From: Malacoraja senta
Lineage: Eukaryota
NCBI GenBank assembly: GCA_038087875.1
Contig: CM076001.1
Span: forward strand, 932,001 to 996,000
Direction of reading: 5' to 3'
Length of the DNA stretch: 64,000 bases
The notes under the pieces are model-generated. The model was not told where the DNA came from and searched no databases. It saw nothing but the letters and a program-made list of their open reading frames with translations. Below are positions 1 to 13,349 of the stretch, piece by piece (within the stretch, counting starts at the first letter, position 1; each line of letters starts with the position of its first letter). A program made the position numbers and the translations under genes.

Positions 1-142
1 GGAAAGCAAAGCCCCGCGCTGTTTAACTACTCCCTACCCGGACGCTGCTCCTCCTTCTGCAACGGTCCCTGGGCGTCTGGAAGATCAAAAGGCTCAAATA
101 TGAACTTCTTTCAGACCCTTCGTATTCCATGACATAAAATGT

Positions 143-440
143 TTGGTAGAGCTGCTGCCTCCCAGCGCCAGAGAACCAGGTTCAATCCTGACCTCGGATG
201 TTTGCACACTCACCCTGTAATGGCGTGGGTTTCCTCCTTGTGCTCGTTTCCTCCTTGTGCTCGTTTCCTCCCACATCCCAAAGTCATGTGGGTTTGTAGG
301 TTAATTGGCCTCTGTAAATTTTCCCCAAGTGTATGGAGAGTGATGCAATAATGGGATAACATAGAACTGGAGGTAATAGGTGATTTGTGGTCGGCATGGA
401 CTTGGTAGGCTGTTGGGCTTGTTTCCATGCTGTATCTCTT
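143..440 (+). mobile_element. tRNA-derived V-SINE (HE1-like)
   Basis: tRNA-like head (ggtagagctgctgcct...ggttcaatcc), V-domain (gtttcctcccacatcccaaag...ggttaattggc), CR1-like tail (gtttccatgctgtatctct). Confidence 0.85.
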
Positions 441-547
441 GACTAAACTCATGCTGTGTGTGTTTGGTATGAATGCATCTTCTGTGAGGGACACCTTTTA
501 AGTTTCCTGATCTCATTCCATCTGTGGTCAGCCAATATTTCTGGTAA

Positions 548-815
548 CTGGAGCCATAAAATGCTGGGTTTAATCCTGACCACCGTACTGTCTCTATTGA
601 GCTTGCACCTTTTCGTTACACCCATGTGGGATTCCCCTGGGTGCTCCGGTTGTCTCCCACATCCCAAATCTGTACTGATGGACTAACTGGCTACTGTAAA
701 TCACCCCTGGGGATGATGAGTGGTGAGAGATTCAGTGGGAAGTTAATGGATATGTCAGAAAGAGTAGGTAGCAGGAAATAAATAGGAGAATGGGATTGAT
801 GGGATTATTCTAAGA
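548..815 (+). mobile_element. degenerate V-SINE
   Basis: gggtttaatcctgacc...gggtgctccggttgtctcccacatcccaaa V-domain remnant. Confidence 0.55.
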
Positions 816-999
816 GCCAGCATAAACTTGATGGAATGATTAGAAGATTAGAAATATTAGAAGATTAGAAATATTAGAAGAAGGTGCTTCTTAAAATCTG
901 GAAAGAAGTTCATGGATTATGTTAGTTCCAAGGATATCATGAAGAACACACTTGTTGATTGTAGAGGACAAAGTTCCCAACAACCATTGGCAAGAAAAT

Positions 1000-1292
1000 G
1001 GTTGGTTTCCCATGGAGGAAATGCCCAACACTAGAAGGCATAGCTTTAAGGTGAGAGGAGGAGGAAAGGAGATGTATGAGGCAAGTTATTTGCACAGCAG
1101 GTGTCTGGGACTCGCTGCCAGGGGTGGTGGTGGAAGCAGATATGATAAAGGTGTTTAAAAGGCTTTTGGATATGCATATGTACTTGCAGGGAATGGAGGG
1201 ATTTGGGTCACATGGAAGCAGAAAGGATTAGTTTAATTTGCTATCATGTTTGGCCCGTTTGGGCCCGTTCCTCTGCTGCACTGCTCTATATT
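1000..1292 (+). mobile_element. CR1 LINE 3' fragment
   Basis: TRRHSFKVRG-type C-terminal motif and CR1 tail gggcccgttcctctgctgcactgctcta. Confidence 0.7.
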
Positions 1293-2154
1293 CTAAATAA
1301 TAAGTCCTTATTTGGCTATTTTGCTCAAAGCTGCTGAATACATGACGGGAATCCTAACCTCTGAAGTCAAGACCCACTGGTGTGATGGAGATCGGGGCGA
1401 GATGGAGTGCAGAAGCACAAATGTAAACGAAAGGTAAAGTGGTAGCTGAGCTGTTTATCTTTCATCAATACAAAATCAAAATGTAGCTAGGTAACTCCTT
1501 CAAACGGCTTGCTCCTAATTATTGGCTGTAACTAGTTTAATTACTTGACTGTTTAATTATGTTTCCAATTAACATCTACAGTATGTGTCCACCTTACAAT
1601 ACACACTGAGACATGCCGTCATAATAAAACCAGATTTCAACGCAGGATGACAAGTACTCAAATTAACTACAATTTTTGTAACATTTTCTACATGGCAAAC
1701 TGTCCCAAGGCACTGCTGATCTGGACACAATTTAGTATGATAGGACAGTGGATAAGTAGGGTGCCAGTGATCTCTTCGTTCATTGAGCCAACAGTTCTGC
1801 AAACAGCTAAGGACATGAGCAGATCCTACAGAAGTGCACTCTTATACGTGAAAGAAAATGTCCAACAATGTTGTCTTTTCCCAAGGGCAGGAAATTCAGT
1901 GATATAACTGCTTATTGAGAAAACTTTTTTTGTTGTTGAATAAAGCAATGCCCTTTCAGAATAGTTTTGCTGCATTCAGAACACTTAAAGAGGCACTCTC
2001 TGGTGAATCCCACACAGTTTGATCCTGGAGATACATAAAGATGTCAATCCCATTGCGACACCCCTCCAACTCAGGCCTTGGGGATGCCCGTTATTGGAAA
2101 TTCCTGAGGCAACATGCGGTGCCTAAATAAGAGGCTTGCAAAGTTAAGTAACTT

Positions 2155-2440
2155 CTTTCCACTCTCCTCCCCACTAACAATACTGTCAGCATCCACTCCC
2201 TCTCCAATCCCCAGCTCTGCCAACTGCCAATCTGCCAACCTCCACCCAATAACCAATCTCCCAATACTGCCATTCCCCACCCCTCCCCAAATCCTGAACT
2301 CTGCCATTCCCCATCCCCTCCCCAATCCCCATCATTGCCATTCCTCACCAGTATCTCCCAACACTGCCCATCTCCACCCCCTCCTCAATCTCCCAACACT
2401 GCCAGCATCCATTGCCCCCATTCCTTGTTCCCCTCCACTG
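2155..2440. repeat. C-rich low-complexity repeat
   Basis: repeated ctcccaacactgccca / ctgccattcccc words. Confidence 0.6.
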
Positions 2441-2699
2441 CTAGTCTCCATTTATGTATTTGCATCCCATAGTTCCAGGATTTTTGTCTTTTTCTATTGC
2501 TCTCATCCCTCTCCCTATCTTTACATTCTTCGAGACAGAGGAATGCATTTATGATTACGAGCATTCCTCACCTTCACTAGATGACGCCACGAGTGAATGT
2601 ATCGCCTGGACGACATTGATCTCCACCCTATCACAAGCATTCCTTTATCTCTCCACTCTTCCTCCGTTACTGCAACATAAAATCCACGTTTCCAGTTCT

Positions 2700-2980
2700 G
2701 AGGGTGCAACAGTATCGCAGCTGGTAGGGCTTCTGCCTCACATCTCCAGGGCCTGCGGCTCGATGCTGACCTCCAGAACAGTCCACAGCCTGCTGGGTTT
2801 CCTTCAGACATGTAGGTTGGTTAATTGGCTGCTGTAAATTGCACTGTAGAGTACGTGAATGGAAGGAGAGTCAGGGTGGATTTGATGGTCATCTAAAAGA
2901 GAATAGTTTGCAGAGAAATAAATTGGGACTTGATGTGAACTGACATAAACCATAAGGGCTGAATTGCCTCTTCCAATGTC
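2700..2980 (+). mobile_element. degenerate V-SINE
   Basis: tRNA-like head (cgcagctggtagggcttctgcctcac...gctcgatgctgacctc) and ggttaattggctgctgtaaatt. Confidence 0.6.
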
Positions 2981-3454
2981 ATAAGAAAAATATCTGAAAA
3001 GACAAGATGAAAGACTATTCACCTGAAAGATTAACTCTGTTTCTCTGTCCACAAGTGCTGCTTGATTTTCAGGATGTTGTTTTTATTTCAACTGTGACAA
3101 GCTTTCGCCTGCTTTCACTGTAATTTACAGCACAGAATGAGTGGTTATGCAATCTCTATAAATTATCCAAAGTATTTGCAGAGATGATCGTCTATGTTCT
3201 GCTAAAACAAATATGTCTGTGAATTATGACTGTAATGGAGGCAGATAATTTTCGCTAAATGCAGAAAATGCCAGAACCATGATTGTACCTGAGTTGTATC
3301 TCATAATTGTCACACATTAGCTTCTTGTGATTAGTCACAGTAGTTTTGAAATTATTTTGTGAAGTAGTATAGCAACATAATATTGCAAAAGACATTTGGA
3401 CAGACATATAGTTAGGAGAGAGGAGGAGACATATAGTTAGGAGAGATGTAGTTA

Positions 3455-3487
<33 letters not shown>

Positions 3488-4030
3488 AACTACAACACTG
3501 ATCTCGTTTTTTCTATTTGCGCAAAAACGGTACGTGATAGCGCTATGATTTTTTTGCCAAGTTACTCGCCGTTCTCCTGTGCCACGAGTGCAACCAGTGT
3601 CGCTAAGATTGGTGGTATATTGTAAAAGTTATCGAGGTTTAAAAATCTGTAAAAATGCGCGTGCGCAGATTCCTTCAGTCAGCGCCACGCCAATTGGTCT
3701 CTTCTGTCAGTCAATGCTACGGCCGGGATGGCGATGCCCCTTCCTGCTCCACCAGCGGCGGCCTGTCCCGCCTCACTCACAAACCCCTCTCTCCCCTTCT
3801 CACAGTAACTTGTCTATCGTCTCCCCCACCACCGGCGGCAGCCGCGGGGGGGGGGGGGTTCAATGGAGGCCCAATGGAGGCCCTATGGAGGCCCAGTGGA
3901 GGCCCTGGTCCCGTCTCTCTCTCCATCATCACTCACCACTCTCCCCCGCCCGCCCTCTGCGACACTGGTGGCCCCGTCTACCCGTCCCCCCGGGCCCGTC
4001 TCCTCCACCGCCGCCGTTGAGGTAACTCAC

Positions 4031-4108
4031 CCTCACGGCCTTCTCGGAGATCTTTTCCACCAGCTCAACGAAACTCGTGGTGCCCACCGTGATGAACACC
4101 GACTCCAT
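4031..4108 (-). pseudogene. ALG13: ALG13-like first coding exon (UDP-GlcNAc transferase catalytic subunit N-terminus), probably a captured fragment
   Basis: MESVFITVGTTSFVELVEKISEKAVR resembles the ALG13 N-terminus (human, from memory: MKCVFVTVGTTSFDDLIACVS); followed by phase-0 donor GTGAGT (4030-4025); GC-rich context. Confidence 0.75.
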
Positions 4109-4313
4109 CCATCCCCCCCACCACGGCCCGGTGGCGGCAGCGAGCAGGCAGACAGGTAGGCGGGTGGGTAGGGCGGGGATGGGCCGAGAGGCAGCAGCGG
4201 ACGGTCGGATAGGACGGGTACGGGCTGAGCGGCGGCTGAGCCGAAGTGGGCAGAGGGAGGGAGGGAGAATTGTGTTGCAGGGTGGCCGAGCAGTTTGCTC
4301 GAAGTTTGAGTAA

Positions 4314-4348
<35 letters not shown>

Positions 4349-4439
4349 AACTGGTCCAATCGTCAAGTTAACGGGATCTAAACCACAGCTAACAATGAAT
4401 GACCTGTGGAGGAAGGAACTGCAGATGCTGCTTTTTACG

Positions 4440-4920
4440 GATGGAGGGAGAGAGTGAGTGACTGAGGGTAGGGAAAGGAGAGGGAGGAAGAGGTGAGGGA
4501 GGGATTGGGGGAGGGGAGGAGGAGAGGGGAAAGATTGTGGGGAGGTGAGGAGGGAGAGTGGGGGGATTGAGGCAGAGGAAAGGGTAGGGAGGGAGAGGGG
4601 GAAAGGGGGAGGTGAGGAGTGAAGGAGGAGGGGGAATAGGAGACGAGGGGGAGAGTGGGGGCGGGAGGGAGTGGGAAATAGAGGGAGAGGAGGGCAGTGG
4701 GGGAGGTCAGGAGGGATAGTGGGGGGATAGCGGAGGTGAGGAGGGGGATAGGATAGGAGGGTGATAGGGAGGGGACAGGAGTTATGGAGGGAGGGAGTGA
4801 CTGAGGGTAGGGGAAAGGAGAGGGAGGGAGAGGTGAGGGAGGATTGGGGGAGGGGTGGATGAGAGGGGAAAGAAGAGGGAGAGTGAAGAGGAGGGGGAGG
4901 GTGTGCTGGGGGATGAGGAG
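4440..4920. repeat. G/A-rich low-complexity tract with internal ~65-bp direct repeat (~4455 and ~4795)
   Basis: purine-rich; gagtgactgagggtaggg...gggattgggggaggg occurs twice. Confidence 0.7.
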
Positions 4921-4965
4921 AAATGAGCCGCACCTGCGCAGTTGGGGGCTATGCTTGAGTGGTGC

Positions 4966-5085
4966 AATATTGCATTAGGGGACGAGTTGCATTGGGTGAA
5001 CGGGTGAGTGGTGGAATATTGCATTGGGGGGACGAGTTGCATTGGGTGAACGGGTGAGTGGTGGAATATTGCATTGGGGAACGGG
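4966..5085 (+). repeat. ~50-bp tandem repeat (about 2.5 copies), Helitron subterminal
   Basis: aatattgcatt recurs at 4966, 5015 and 5065. Confidence 0.8.
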
Positions 5086-5159
5086 TTGTGTTGGGGGACC
5101 AGGCCTCCTGCGTGACGGGGACCCAACCGGTCCCATTTAGTCTAGTATCCCTCTATATC

Positions 5160-5260
5160 CCTTTGGGCCAAGTGCAGGCAGGTGAGACTAGTGTAGATGG
5201 GGCATCTTGGTCAGCATGGACTAGTTGGGCCTAAAGGCCGCATTCCGTGCTGCATGACTT
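5160..5260 (+). mobile_element. CR1 3' tail (upstream part at ~3385-3450, split by the Helitron)
   Basis: aaaagacatttggacag ... gggccaagtgcaggcagg...gttgggcctaaaggcc. Confidence 0.65.
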
Positions 5261-7019
5261 TGTGAATATGCAATATTTTCGTATGCTGCAGTGAGAATTT
5301 TTTTACAAAGTTTGATCCTAAATGTGATCATCTACTTACCAATCTGTAATGTAAAATATGTCTGGTCCTGGTGTATCTGCACAATGGCTTCCAACAGCAC
5401 GCAACACACACTTCCACAGTGTGTTCATCAAATTCATTCATACATCCCAGTGTGTGTATATCAAAGGGCCAGGCATGAACTTGTAGGCTCTTCCAAGATC
5501 AACTGCTCATGTTGGTGCTTCAAAGCTTGAAATCAACTATGTGGAAACATCGAAAGGAATGTTATCTATTTACTGTGGCATGTGAAGAACTGTAGCAAAG
5601 GATGTGTCTGGATTCATGGCTGTGGAATATTCCATTAAGTTGGATCTTGATGCCCTTCCCTCATAGAAACATCTCTGTCAACAAATACATTCATTTGGGC
5701 AGTGGTCCATATGTGGAAAGTCCCAGAGGCCATGCAGGATAGGGAGACGGTGGATCCTGTTGGATTGATCGTCCAAGCAGACTGTCATTTGGTAGGATTT
5801 CATGATGAAAGTTTGCAAATAAACATCAAGGCGTTGCTTGGCAGGTGGTGAGAAGGGGCATCCCTATTATGCACAGATGGAGGCTCAATCCCATTGCATG
5901 CTGCCAGCGAGTTGAATGTGGTGCAGATATGATCACCACCCATTCCACTGTGGACTGTATGCTTTCCAATAAAGGGTGGAAATGGATTCTGTTGCCTTCG
6001 ATGAGATTCTTCCCAAGCTGATACACAACTCTGTGCTATACAAGCTGTCCCCAGGGACGTAAACTGAGACATACAGTGACCACTGCTGGAAGGTCATTAA
6101 CGTAGTGTAGGGCACATTTTGGTCTGTCCAAAACCTGTTGGTCTGGCAGTCGAGGAGATGTTTGCATGCAAATACTGCTGACTCGCACATTCCAAGGAGC
6201 AGAAGTGCTGCTAAGGGATGTACTAACGTTCGGTGCAGCCACTTCAAAGGTTCAATAAGGATAGACTACAGTTTAGGGTCCTATCACAAAGAAGGTGCTG
6301 GACCATGTGTAATTGTCTTTCAAATACTTCTATGTTCAAGGTTGATATATTTGAAGGGAATGTACTGAATTGTTACCAAATTGTGTTACCAAATAATCTA
6401 TGAATATAGTTTGGGGAAAATAATTACCTCTCACTGCATTCCTGGGATGCTCCAACCATACACCAACCCTTTTGTGACTTTGATACTCCTCCACCAGCAC
6501 CAAAATGACATCCAACCCATATCCAGCAGGCAATTATAAATCCATTCCCCCAGATGATTGTGACCATTCCCTCTGTGATGTCCCATCACTGCTGAAGTTC
6601 TGACCTATGTGACACTGGCCTCACTAGACTCCTCATCTCCATCCCTTGGCTTATTATCCACATCGTCTTCATGTTCATCTACTCAACACAGTGACTGGGT
6701 GCATATTGGAGGGACTTCTGAACCAAATCCTTCAGACACAAACTTTGGGTCTTGTACACAATGAAGAATTGAAGCAGGACGTTTTGCAGAGGCATCAAGG
6801 TGGTAGTTACTCCAGCCAACTTAAGCATGTGCCAGCCTTTGACTTTGGCACCTAAGAAAAGTGGTTTATTTTCAATAACTTACATGGCAAGAAAGTCAGG
6901 TTCATTTGGTTGTGGTTAATCAATCTGAGTTTTTGAGCAATTCAGCAACAAGCCACAGAATGGTCAGTTCTCAATGAGGCCAATACCACAGTGAAAACAA
7001 ACATACCATCCATCTTTTA

Positions 7020-7370
7020 CATCACTCTATCTACGTGTGTTGCTACTTCCAAGGAGCTATACACTTGAACACCAAGTTGTTTCTATCACAAACAACAGAG
7101 GTCCCAGCACAGATCCCTGTGGAACTCCACTTGTCACAGACTATCAGCCAGTATAACACTCTCACACAACAACCATCTGTTTTCAAAAGTTAACCACTTC
7201 TGAATCCCCAAAAAAACACGTTCCTGCGGATCCCATGCATCTTAATCTTCTGGATCTACCTACCATGTGGAACTTTATCAAATGCCTTACTAAGATCCAT
7301 GAAGACAACATCCACTGCCCTACCTTCATCAATCATTTTCGTTACGTCCTCAAGAAACTCAGTCAGGACT
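7020..7370 (-). mobile_element. CR1 RT fragment
   Basis: reverse strand gtggagttccacagggatctgtgctgggacc (GVPQGSVLG) and aaggcatttgataaagttcc (KAFDKV). Confidence 0.75.
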
Positions 7371-7479
7371 CAGTTAAGAGGCTTTTAGGTGTGTGAGTGT
7401 GTGTGTGCATGCCCTTGCAAGGTCCATGTAGTCGCTGGTGTGTAATTGCTACCCTATATTAAAAGTAAGTTAAATGCAA

Positions 7480-7700
7480 TTCAAAACACTGCAGATACTG
7501 GAAATCTAAAATAAAATCTGAAATTATTAGCAACACTCAGCAGGTCCGGCAGCATTTCACGTCTGCACTTTGCACTCACCTGTTTTCTCTCTTTCCCAAT
7601 AGTGACGGGGACTGTAACATTAACTGCGTTTCTCTTTCCACAAGTGCTGCAGGAGCTACTAAGTGTTTCCAACACTCCTGTTTATATTTCATTATTTATT
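7480..7700. mobile_element. old fold-back PLE-terminus-derived repeat
   Basis: ctgcagatactggaaatct...cactcagcaggtccggcagcat with inverted partner ccacaagtgctgc...tttccaacactcctgttt. Confidence 0.5.
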
Positions 7701-10139
7701 ATTAAAAGAAACCACACACAGGCAACTTTCACTCCACAAATGACATCCCCCTGCACAAATACAAAGGCACACACATCCACACAGATGCCCCATTACAAAT
7801 ACTTTTGCATGGACGTGTAGATACAGTTGCACAGGGGACTGAGAATGAAAGATTTTTAGAAGCAAGCGTTGGTGCTCAAACACAGCAATGTCAAATGGAT
7901 TATAATTATCGTTGTTTCAAGCATATCATTACTGCCTGATATCATGATCAAAGCAATCTGAATATTTTTCATTCCATCTGTAGTAATGGGCAAGCATTGA
8001 CATCTGACAAATATACACAAAAGCTCTTCAGTTACATCTTGGAACCCTCAGTGGTGTCAACATGTCTGTATCTCACTGAGATATTTACTTCTAAATGCAT
8101 CCAGTGTTAAGCTGTAACTAAGGACAAAAAGAACCACAGTACAATCCTTGCACCGAAATTAACAATGAAGCAAGTATTCTTTATGGCACTGTGCAAAGTA
8201 ATAACAGGTGCAAAAAGGAAAGATGAAGGAAAGGTTGCTAAGGATATTAAAGCTAACAGCGGAGATTTTTAGAAATGCATTAGAAATAAATAGATAAAAG
8301 GAAATTAGGGCCCATTAAGGACTGATGCAGATGAGACTATAATGGATAATGGATAATAAGGAAAATGCTGACTTGTGTAATGATTGCTTTGGGAGGCTCA
8401 ATTAAATAAAATTGGGAATGTGTTGTGTGATTACCCCATGCTCTTTCAACCAGGTGTACACCACCGATGAAGCTTGTGCTGCCTGCTCATTTGAATGGTT
8501 TCAGTGATCCACTTATTGCCTTTCAGCATCACAACATTGCTGACCTTTGTGAGTAGTTGGACGGTTGCTGCTGGTCAAAGCCACGCCGCCTGCACCTCTT
8601 ATAGAGGTGGGCCAATGTGCGTGGAATGTGGAGCTCCTTGCAAAAGTCTTTGCAGCTTGCTAGAAGAGACTGCAAAACACAGGCAAGATTGACACCCACA
8701 TTCCAAATGGATGAGGCCCTTGCTGAACGAGGGGGAGAGGGAGAGAGACCGAGAAGCTCCACAGACCGAAGGCTGAAACAGGGAAGAGATAGCAGTGGAT
8801 GTGTGGGCAAGGAATGCAGCCTCAAGGCCCTGAATGCAGTGATGCAATGAGTTCAGTGAGCTCCTAGTCTGCTCAAGGTCAGCGAAGGCTTAGCAAATGG
8901 ACCACTGGCCTCAAACATCCACATCAGTCTCAGATTACAGGCCCACGTGACTGTCTGCACCATTCAGGAAATGTCTTTCACCCTTTTTATTTTCAGTTTG
9001 CCAAGACATCCAACTTGGCCACACAGTGGATGAATAGCTGTTACCGGCTCAATGCCAACACTGTGTACTACTGAGGTTAGCAAGGGAGTGTAGCCCAGCT
9101 AGCAACTCCCTGAAGGGCACGTTTGCAGATGAGTTACAGAATGAGGATTTTAAGGGTACAACATACAGAAAGAGGAAGATGTGTGCTTGGTGCACTGGTA
9201 GAACTGCCTGCAAAATGAGTAATATTAAGGTGTGTGGATGAGTTTGACACCAATCTTGCCCTGGAGCTTCCATGGCAGCACAAGCATTAGCCATCCATCT
9301 CAGGCTGCAGCCAATATGGCAGAGTTCAAAGGAGCTCATGCTATAATATTATATTAGTGCAGCTATCTAGAATACTTTGATAGCATCCTTCACCAGCCCA
9401 CACCTCCATGGCAGTGGTTCCACTAAGTATGAACCTGCTGTCTCTATTGAGATGACAGCACTTGTCACCTCAGCTAACTAATGATCTCATCAAATAGTGC
9501 TAGAGTGGGTTTGGGGGTGAGGGAGAGAGAAATTGGAGTTGGTCAACAGTGTTACTGTTCTGCTTCTATCAATTGAAAACATGGCAACAACTGTGCTACA
9601 TTGAGGTCCAAATTGGCAGCACTTTTGACAAACCAACATTGCCCATTGATTAATGTTGTAATACTTTGAGCTTGAATGAGCACTGCTCCTGTTGATGGCC
9701 CGCCTAACATGAAGACCAGTGTGCACGCACATTGAATGCCACATGGAAACATGTTGGCATTCAATGCAATCAACAGGCATAATGCAGAATTTTACACCCT
9801 TGATATGTGGAGGTGAATCAGCTGCCAGGTATGGAAAGTACCTAAAATCAAGTCAGTGGTTGAGATATTGTAAACATGGAAATAAGGGCATCACGCTAGC
9901 AGCAGTTGATTACACACCTGGATATTAACATAAAAAGCTGAGGAAATTATAAACACATAACTTCCCAAAAGTTTCATAGTTTCTGAACTGTTGAACTAAA
10001 AAACTTGTGTTTGTCCTATTGAACAAGTGAAAGAAAGGGATGTTTATGCATATGTGTTGTTTAACCTAAATTTTGGAAAAATTGTGTTTTTTTGTTACTG
10101 TAGAGAGAGTGACTAGCACTTAGACAAGTATCTGCTGTT

Positions 10140-10600
10140 CAAAAAGAATCAGTGTGGGTTTGTTAAATGTACGTCATGTCTGACTAACCTAGATGTTATG
10201 CTGTGACGCTTCTAGTTTGATGTATGGGGAATATCTGCCGCTTGTTTTTTTTATAAATGTGGATCTTTTAATGGGGCGAATTAATTAGTTTCCACATAGG
10301 ATTATTATATTAGAAAAAGTGAAAATGCACAATACTGGAGGTAACCTTGAGGTAAGTGATTGAAGATTGGTGGATATAAAGCAGGGATAAAGTGATTCTC
10401 AGCGATGGAAGGTGACAAGTGGTATTCTATGGGGATTTTTAATGGCTTGCTGGTTTTTCCAGCAAACATATTAATGCCTTGGAATATGAATCAGAAAGGC
10501 AATGTCCACTTTTGCAGATAATGCTTAGGAAAGAGGCCCTGTAATTTTAAATGAGGGAGGGGGTTACCTGAAGACTTAAATAGATTGATGGTGGGAAATT
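10140..10600 (+). mobile_element. highly decayed CR1 RT fragment
   Basis: tcatgtctgactaacc (SCLTN), gtgacaagtggtatt, tttgcagat (FAD). Confidence 0.6.
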
Positions 10601-10683
10601 AATGGTTGGGGAAGAGCAACAGTGTTTAAATGTCCATGTTTTCAGAAGTTGGAACATGGGTCCAACTTAATAAAGTCATCATT

Positions 10684-10812
10684 GGGGCGGCAAGGTGGCA
10701 CAGCGGTAGAGTTGCTATCTTACAGTGCTTTCAGCATCGGAGACCCGGGTTTGATCCCGACTATGGGTGCTATCTGTATGGAGTTTGTACATTCTCCCCG
10801 TGACAGCATGGG
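10684..10812 (+). mobile_element. V-SINE 5' half
   Basis: ggtggcacagcggtagagttgct A-box, gggtttgatcc B-box. Confidence 0.8.
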
Positions 10813-11339
10813 ATGTTAGTCACTTCAGAATAAAATCAAGAAGCATTTTCCTTTACAAAGGCGTGGAAATATGAAATTGTTTCCTAAATGTAATTCTTTC
10901 AGTTGTTAGCTAAGATTATATGGTCTGCATTCCTTAACTGTACAAATTATTTACAAAGTTCCTCGGCTTTCTATTTAGAAAACATTTTTTTTATTGGTGG
11001 CTTTGCAATGCAAGATTTTCTTTTCTTTTTAATGCGCATATTGAATATTTAAATTTCATATCTTTGACAAGATTTTAAGATCAGACTGTATTAACTATTA
11101 CTGTCATGATGTAGAAAATTGTAGAATAAGTGACTGGCAAAGTACTGGCTGTCTTAGTTTCATTTATAATGGAAAGCACACAGTCGATTGGCTCCTTAAC
11201 ACCCCACTGCCACAATTTATGCTTTACCACCAACAAATACTGGCATTATCAGTGTATGACACTTCCTGAAAAATAATAAATCAAATAAGCCACAAGGAAC
11301 AGGGCCAGTTGTGCGTGTGCAGATCTTTGAATGAGAAAT

Positions 11340-12425
11340 GTAAGTAGTTCATTCCCCAGAGCCTTGCAACGTGCTCCTTTTCAAGTAGCTATCCAATTCC
11401 CCTTTGGAAGTAACTGTTGAATCTGCCTCATCGCCCTTTCAGGCTATATATTCCAGCTTCTGACAACTTGCTGATGACAAAGATTCTTCACTTCCTCCCA
11501 GGAGTTTTTTTGGCAATTATCCTTAACCTTTCTCCTCTGGTTACAACTCTTCTGCCTGTGGAAACAACTCCTTCTAATCAACTCTTTTAAACCCCCTCTT
11601 AATTACTGTTGTAAACACTTAACATCAAGCAAATATTTAGAGGGAAAGTTTTAAGATTCTGCATGTTAGAGGGGTAAAAATTCGGTCAGATGCCCCTACC
11701 ATCCCCTGCATCGTATGAGTGGAAGCATTCATACACCCTGAATATTTCAACAGCTTCCACGGATGGGAGAATTTTGTAATAATTTATCTTTGATAATAGC
11801 TATATATTTGGCTAAAAAAAAGTGCAAATTTCTAAGAAGCATTCATGGGAACACAGGTCAACTGTTCAATCGTTTAGCATTTCCAATCATTCCGAATCCT
11901 CACAAGCTTGAGAACAGCAGATCGAGCATACAAGTCGCACTGCACACGTGGAGTCAGTCATAGAGCCATGCAGCATGGAAACAGGCCTTTTGGCCCAACT
12001 CGTCCATGTCAACCAAGATGCCCCATTCAAACTACGTAGTCCCATTTGTCCATGCCTGCCCCTTATCTCTCTAAACCTTACCTACCATGTACCTGTCCAA
12101 ATGTCTTTTAAATGTTGTTATTGTATCACCCTCAACTACCTTTTCTAGTAGATCATTCCATATACTCACCACCTATGATGAAGTTACCCCTCAGTTTCCC
12201 ATTAATGTTTTTCCCCACTCACCATAAACCTATGCCCTGTAATTCTTAATTCTCCTACCCTGCAAAAAAATACGGCATGCGTTCACCCTATCTATTCCCC
12301 TCATGCTTTTGTACACCTCAGTCTCCTGCACGCCAAGGAATAAAGTCCGTGCCTGCCCAACCTCTCTCTTTAGCTCAGGCCCTTGCGTCCTGGCAACATC
12401 CTCGTAAATCTTCTCTGCACTCTTT
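11340..12425 (-). mobile_element. CR1 3' fragments (~11340-11590 and ~11965-12425)
   Basis: reverse-strand CR1 tail (cagcatggaaacaggccttttggccc) and C-terminal YKSMRGIDRV motif. Confidence 0.65.
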
Positions 12426-13349
12426 TTCCGCCCTTCCTTATTCCAAAGAAGTTGACAGAAGTAATTGTGCACTGCGGAAGCTATTGGCAAGGAAACAGAA
12501 GAAACTCATGTTTTAAAGAGACACTTCCAATTAGAAAGACAGCATTTAATTACAACACAGTAAATTACACTTAGGCTGGTGATAATGTAATGACATTTGA
12601 GGATGACAGCCCTCAAATCTGACCATTTCAGCATTAAGCTGCTTATCACTGGTGGAAAGCTGGAAGGCTGACAATCTGATGGTACTGTCAACTCAATTCA
12701 TAATTAATATATATTTACCAAATTAATTACTGAAAAATCTGAGCCGCTGCTTGCCATAAAAACAGTAGCTAAATTCATTGACTCTTGGCTCTGCTTACTC
12801 CTAATAACTGTGCTGTCAGCTTAATGAGAATGGTGAGTGGGCCATCTTTGAGTTGCATGACAGACAAATTGCTCTGCTATCCAGAATGATACAGGGAAGT
12901 TAAGAGAAGAAAATAAATATGTCATTGTCTGGTGACAGCAACAATCGAGCCCTTGTCTTGGAAACTTTAGTCTCATTCTTAAATACATGAAAGGGTGGAT
13001 GAAGAATCTTTGTGGTAATCCTTAAAATACTTTTTGGATTTCTGACCAAGGTTGCATTTTCAAATATCTGGCCCAACTGTTTCTTTGGAAAGATTAAAAT
13101 GGTTGTGTTGTCGTAGGTGACAATGGCAATTGTAGTTGCTGGCCGATCCTTACATCTCTGACCCAGTGCCACTGTCAGGACAATGGGCCTTCAAGATCAA
13201 GATAAGACTCGATATATATTTAAGAACTTGATACTTGAAAGGTACAAGATGGCGCTGGAAACTTGGCAGCTCTTTGTGTACTGTCTCAGAAAAAATTAAC
13301 TATTTTTAAATTGCATGACACAAGAAGCTACTAAACTATCAGGGTGACC

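Larger units (their letters stand above)
3455..5145 (+). mobile_element. non-autonomous Helitron-like element with captured cargo
   Basis: starts TC after A3454; ends with hairpin gggacc-caacc-ggtccc (5118-5134), then CTAG (5142-5145) and T; no TSD; splits a CR1 3' tail; termini resemble elements at 40.8-42.0 kb and 55.3-56.5 kb. Confidence 0.7.

Noticed and set aside
3929..4933. 334-aa Pro/Ser-rich ORF
   Set aside because: Mostly translation of a low-complexity tract; only 4031-4108 has recognisable homology.
5560..9350. Possible ancient L1/Tx1, RTE or PLE remnants at ~5.6-6.7 kb and 8.5-9.3 kb
   Set aside because: Too degraded to assign family or boundaries by eye.
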